From: Octopus vulgaris
Lineage: Eukaryota
Assembly: GCA_951406725.2 (NCBI GenBank)
Contig: OX597823.1
Location: 111,724,001-111,788,000 of the forward strand
Length of the DNA stretch: 64,000 nt
Direction of reading: 5' to 3'
A program made the position numbers and the translations under genes. How positions within the stretch are numbered: position 1 is the stretch's first letter; the number at the start of each line of letters is the position of its first letter. A model generated the notes under the pieces. The model was not told where the DNA came from. It saw nothing but the letters and a program-made list of their open reading frames with translations, and did no database searches. Of this stretch, positions 58,586 through 64,000 are shown in pieces.

Positions 58586-58663
58586 GCGTACATATGTTTT
58601 CATATTTATGTACATAGCCACTACACATTCTTTATTTTCTCTTTTTGTTTCTTTTTGTGTTCC

Positions 58664-58697
58664 TTTCTGTGGAAGAGCGTAGGCTCGAAATGTTAAA
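58664..58697 (+). ncRNA. Degenerate minimal hammerhead in a PLE-terminus-like repeat (58625-58788; partial copy at 57000-57070)
   Basis: TTT-CTGTGGA-A-GAGC(gtag)GCTC-GAAA-TG-TT-AAA; A6 replaced by T. Confidence 0.45.
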
Positions 58698-59264
58698 AAC
58701 TTTTTCACTTCCCAAGCATTAAACTAATACATCTGTTTGTTGTCTACACCACCTGTCTTCGTCTTTTGTTTTTTGTGAATTCTCCTGCTATATATATATA
58801 CACATATATATATATATCTACACACACACACATACATACATATGTGTTGTTAATTGCTTGAAATGAGGAGTAACTGGAAAGCCAACAACTGATGAAGAGT
58901 AATTATTTAGGCTAGTTATCTTGTTTTCCGTTTGTTTCTCTTGTTGTTCGCATACCAATGTTTATCTTTGTATTTCATGTTGTTTACATTTTGTAACGTC
59001 CTGTACTCATATATATAATTTCATTTTGGGGAGAAACTCAGTAATTTGTTTGCTTTAGAAAGCCTACCTACGGGTATCAGCTAACAGCTGATTTTACAAC
59101 AAAAACTGATCATATTACTGACAATATATCTGAATATCCATAGGGTGTATATAGAACTAGCAGAGTAAATTAGTAAATGTAAAGAATATTAGTGAATCTA
59201 ACAAGAATTCCATTTCTCATGAGTTTATATATCATAATGGAAACAAGAATCAAACAATAATAAG

Positions 59265-60135
59265 TCCAATAGAGGGAGTATATTATGGTATAATGCTGTA
59301 CTTGGACTACATATATCATTTAAGCTTGCGAGAGATTTTTTCTCTGCATTAAATAAACACTTCCCTAAATGAAGTAAATACCACAAAATTTTGTATACAC
59401 TCTGATGAAGTTGTTATGTACGACATCACACAACTTAGAATATCATATACATAGATTTAATTACAGGAAGCTTAATCAAGCACATATTAATACTAACAAT
59501 AGGCTGAATAGTAATATAAATCTCACAAATAATAACGAAAATGGTCATTTTTGCTTATATAAAGGTGATGTTGGGAATACTAACAACTATAAGGATAGCA
59601 TAAATAATGATGCTAATAATAACAATTTTAATGATAACATTGAGAATAAAAATTATTACAATAATGACAGCAGCATAAATGATAAGTACTCATAATACAA
59701 ATGGTAGAAATAATAATAACACTAATAATGTCCAATTTGATATTAATGAAATGAAAAATACAATTGCAGAAACAATGCTGCATATCCTCTGAAAAATGAA
59801 TGTCTCTAAAAGAACACCATACACAGATGCATAGCCTGAACTAAAACAAAAGAATTTGCAGATACTGGTGCAGCAATCAGTTACTTCAAAAACTGATGGC
59901 ATAATCACTTTGAATCTTTTCAAAGAAAAGATAGAAGTCACAATGCATCTTTTGCTAACCTAATTTGAAGGCTCATGGGAAAGAAGGTACAACTCAATGT
60001 CTACTGATCAGTAATTAAAACTGCTCGTATATATGCGGTGAACTACAGATTATGCTATCTATCTTGTGTATCTAAGAGTACAAGGATAAATTGATGGGTA
60101 GACACTTCGAGACATTTATGATGTGTAACCAGTGG
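59265..60135 (+). pseudogene. Penelope-like element remnant (Naiad-like post-RT region plus GIY-YIG endonuclease)
   Basis: SILWYNAV...DFFSALNKHFPK*SKYHKI, Asn-rich linker, NCRNNAAYPLKNEC, WHNHFESF. Confidence 0.65.
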
Positions 60136-61565
60136 TTTAGAGAATCTTCCAAAGAATACGAAAAGCATTTCATGCAGAACATTTAATTAGTTGATTATTA
60201 TAAATGAAAATATTTAATCATGCAACAATCTATAAACAGGTGAGCATACCTCAGTAATTTTGTAATGATGTGAGCATGTATTTCTATCTATACTCTGTTA
60301 TCTTTTAATTACATGGTCATATTTAACCTTTCATTTCAAGCTTAGTATATATATATGTTATTGATTATCTTCTAGTGTATGTATGTATAGATATATGTGT
60401 GTGTATGTATGTATGTCATTAATTATGTATCTCTCAATATATATATATATATATATATACGTGAATATCTGCATATATGTGTATAGGGGGTGTACAAGCA
60501 TGTGCATATCGATATAAATATCAAAGAATGGAAAATGATTTCAACGTAATTTTAATTTACTATCATAATTTAATAGTTTATTTCTTTAATACATACACAT
60601 CGTGCTATTGGACTAATTAGATAAATAGTGTAACAGCAGGACATTTGTAAATCAGTTTAAGGTGGAAGACAGCTTTGGGTACAGTAGGCAGTATCATACT
60701 GAACTACTATGCTCAGATACTAACTGACCTTAGGGGAAACACTTGATATTAAGGAATTCGAGCTATGCAGACACAAAGACAACTTAAATTATGCTTTATC
60801 TGTTATTTGCTTATTTTCCTTTCATTTTCCTTTCATTTTCCCTTTATGTTTTCATCATTCACCTCAGTTATTGACTGGTTGAGATGAATTTGTTGCTTAC
60901 AGTTAAATGGTATTTGTTTTCTTGTTTTAATTGTTATACGCTAATGAAAGGAATTATGATAACATCAACGTGAAGCATATTTTGAAGAATATGGTTTGAT
61001 TTAGCGAACCACTTGTGTATACACTTGAAGAATCGATACTTAGCAATATTATTGAAATAATACTGATATCATATACTATTTCATATATCATATAATAATA
61101 TTTCAGCAAAGATTTACTTGTAATATTGCTATGAAATGATTCTAATATTACGCAATAATGCATGTTACTCAATCCATTCCTTTCTGGTAATACATACACA
61201 CACACACACACACACTTCTTTTATCTTTTAGTTACATTAGTCATTCAACTGCAGTTATGTAGTACAATTCAGCCGTAGTACTTCTTTAAAACTACTAAGT
61301 GACAGAAACGTGAACGAATCAACATCGATCGTCAAACAGTGGTGGGGCACCAGCTCAAATAGAAAGACACACTCATATACACACATATGTATATGTACAT
61401 ATAACAGGTTTCTCTCAGTTTCCATGTGCCAAATCTACTCACAAGAGACTTGGTCAGTGTGCAGCTATAGTATGAGACACTTGTACTACAAATGTACAAT
61501 GTAGTAGGACTGAACCCAGAATCCTGTGATTGGTAAGCAAACTTCTTACTTCTCTACTATGTCTG

Positions 61566-61619
<54 letters not shown>

Positions 61620-61716
61620 AATGTAGGATAAAATTTTTCGAAAAAAATTCTACCAATGGCCAGCATATTAAAAAATACCTTTAAAGGTTAAATTTATAAA
61701 CAATTTATAAGTAAGG

Positions 61717-61827
61717 GCAAAAGAAAAATTTTAATGCCAAAATATGCCGAAAATAGACATAACGTCAATGGTTATTGACATTATGTCTATTTTCGGCATA
61801 TTTTGGCATTAAATTTTTTTTCTTTGC
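61717..61827. repeat. Palindrome (about 53-bp arms) in a TA-embedded module 61618-61827
   Basis: Direct comparison. Confidence 0.88.
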
Positions 61828-61838
61828 ATATATATATA

Positions 61839-61898
<60 letters not shown>

Positions 61899-61909
61899 AT
61901 ATTTTATAA

Positions 61910-62440
61910 TTACGAGTATAATTATGATCAGGGTTCAGCAAAGATTTGCTTTACCACATACCGAAGTTTAGAAATAGCAGCCAAAGAACCTTAGCTATTT
62001 CTTCTACTGTAAGACGAGGCTCCCGGACAAAAACAAAATACTCGAAATAACCCACGCAGACAGAGAAGAAAAATAACGAAATTCACTCGGTATTTGGTTA
62101 CCTGTGGACGCGTTTCGGAATTAGATCGGTATGAAGAATGTAAAGATCAAACTTTACCCAAACATTTTCCTCTTCAGCATGAGATTCCACGATATTAAAT
62201 CCGAGGGCACTGGAAAAATTGAACATGCCTATCCAATTCACAACAGTATCAGACAGATCACATTCAACGTCCAGTACCGGCGAATTCAAAATATACGAAT
62301 GAGGTTCCTCATCTTCCCTCGCCCATCCACTACATTGTTTAAGTTTACCGAAAAATGATCCTTTTTCATGCCGAATTCTACTTGGTAGAATTATTAATTA
62401 CTAGTTAATTAATTAATTTTACCCTTTATTATCATTGAGA

Positions 62441-62441
<1 letters not shown>
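61910..62441. mobile_element. (TA)n-embedded PLE-terminus-like module
   Basis: CpG-rich sequence between TA tracts with a hammerhead and terminal motifs at both ends. Confidence 0.7.
62101..62183 (-). ncRNA. Type I hammerhead, canonical core
   Basis: TG-CTGAAGA-GGAA...TTCC-GAAA-CGCG-TC-CA; palindromic stem III ACGCGT; predicted cleavage after 62107. Confidence 0.75.
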
Positions 62442-62493
<52 letters not shown>

Positions 62494-62789
62494 TATATAT
62501 ATATTTATATTTATTTATTTATTTATTTATTTATTTATATGTATTTATGTATATGTATGTGTGTGTATACATACACACACATACATACATACATACATAA
62601 CATACATACATAGCAACTTCAGATTTATAGTTAGAAGTACCCAGAGGCACAAACTAATATGAAAAAGGAAGTTATGAAAGCTGAAGGATCCTTCAAATGA
62701 CCAGAGATTGACAGATGTTGTATATGTATGTGCATGTGTGTGTGTGCGCGCGTGTGTTTGTGTGTGTATGTATGCGTGTATCAAATATC

Positions 62790-63135
62790 TTGTAATGCCT
62801 GGATAACTGTTCCCTGAACAGCAAAAACTTGCCCTGGAATGATGAGAAATACATTCAAGGAGAGATACATGAGGCATTTGGCTTCGTTCAGAGGCAAAGA
62901 CAAAAAACACTCGTCAACTTTATACAATATGGTATGCATGCTTAAAAAGAGGAATGTAAACAACCCCCCATATAAACTGAAGCATCATAGTGAGGCTAGA
63001 AAATTTAGGGGACTGGCAGCGAATGCAACCTCTGTATCACAGAAAAATTGAATATTATAATCAACAATGACCCTTTAAATATTAAGGAAGAAACATTCTC
63101 CTCTTGCATGCATAAAGAGCAATTCATAGTTCAAA
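62790..63135 (+). pseudogene. PLE GIY-YIG endonuclease remnant (Naiad-like)
   Basis: TFKERYMRHLASF...STLYNMVCMLK...CNLCITEKL...CMHK. Confidence 0.7.
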
Positions 63136-63349
63136 ATTTCAAAAATGACTCTCAACCTACTCTGCTACCCTTCAAATAATGAGTGTTTTTTTGGATATTG
63201 TCTCTATGCGCATTATAGTTTATATGTACATTAAAGACATATACCCCCATGAAGTTATGCTGAATTTCTTAAATCTATGAAATGCCATACATAATTATAT
63301 GCACGTGAATGCGCATATACACACACGTACACAAACATATGCACACACA

Positions 63350-64000
63350 TTTTCCTCATGAAATCTCGGACAGAATTTAAAAACATTTTATCACTGGAAG
63401 ATTAAAATTCATCTTTGTTAATTTAATGGCAATATTTACAAACAAATATCTGGAACTGCGATGGGTACAGAAATCACTCTGACTTACGCAAATTTAAGAG
63501 GTCCAGATACATTGACAATTTAAATCAAAATATGGCTTGGAGTTCCAGAAAAATTTACTAGAAAATAGTAGTATCAATTTCATAATTTTAAAACTCGACT
63601 ATCGTTCTGGACATTCCAATCACCAAAACAGGCAAAAACTTTGATAAAGTTATTGATTTCAAAAACCTAATTAACAGTATTCCAGTTAAGCTATCAAGAA
63701 GAATCTGTATAATTGTTTCAAATATTGAAACTCGCAATAAAGTCTCCCGGAATACAAACAAATACTTAAGAGAAAATACCTATCATTGTTAATAGGCATC
63801 AGAATAGAGTGTGCCAAAGCAACAGATATTCAAGAATTGTTAAAAATCAAAAGCATTTCAGATACACCCAATACTTTACCCTTTATTACAACACACAACT
63901 CCCAAAACACAGGGGTTAATAAAGTTATCCCTAGAACATCCCACTACTGAGGCAAGTCACAAGAATGAAAGAAAACCTCGATAAACACAAAAATTAAAAG
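63350..64000 (+). pseudogene. PLE reverse transcriptase remnant (Neptune-like)
   Basis: FNGNIYKQISGTAMGTEITLTYANL...RYIDN...SIPVKLSRRICIIVSN. Confidence 0.7.

Noticed and set aside
58853-58905. GCTTGAAA...CTGATGAAGAG as a type II hammerhead
   Set aside because: Stems I and III cannot be formed convincingly
59402-59412. CTGATGA core (also TCATCAG at about 23917 and CTGACGA at about 2576)
   Set aside because: No partner GAAA with paired stems; two of these lie within retroelement coding remnants

Overview
AT-rich eukaryotic non-coding DNA, most likely from an octopus/cephalopod (inferred from the SINE families and extreme microsatellite load; not verified by search). No host protein-coding gene, RNA gene or CRISPR array can be supported, and almost all ORFs in the supplied track are microsatellite read-throughs. 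The window is a mosaic of microsatellites, several tRNA-derived SINE families, non-LTR retrotransposon remnants (R4/Dong-like in (TAA)n, RTE, CR1, L1/Tx1), three Tc1/mariner relics, two non-autonomous Helitrons, a TTAA MITE and Penelope-like element (PLE) remnants. The most notable signal is about 9 type-I hammerhead ribozyme motifs, found by eye. They have palindromic stem III, often a greatly extended stem II, and core variants including a G3-C8 swap and extra purines at the base of stem II. They lie in short, often fold-back modules embedded in (TA)n tracts, several sharing a terminal motif. I interpret these as termini of a (TA)n-targeting PLE or retrozyme-like system. All folds and coordinates were read manually and are approximate to a few bases.
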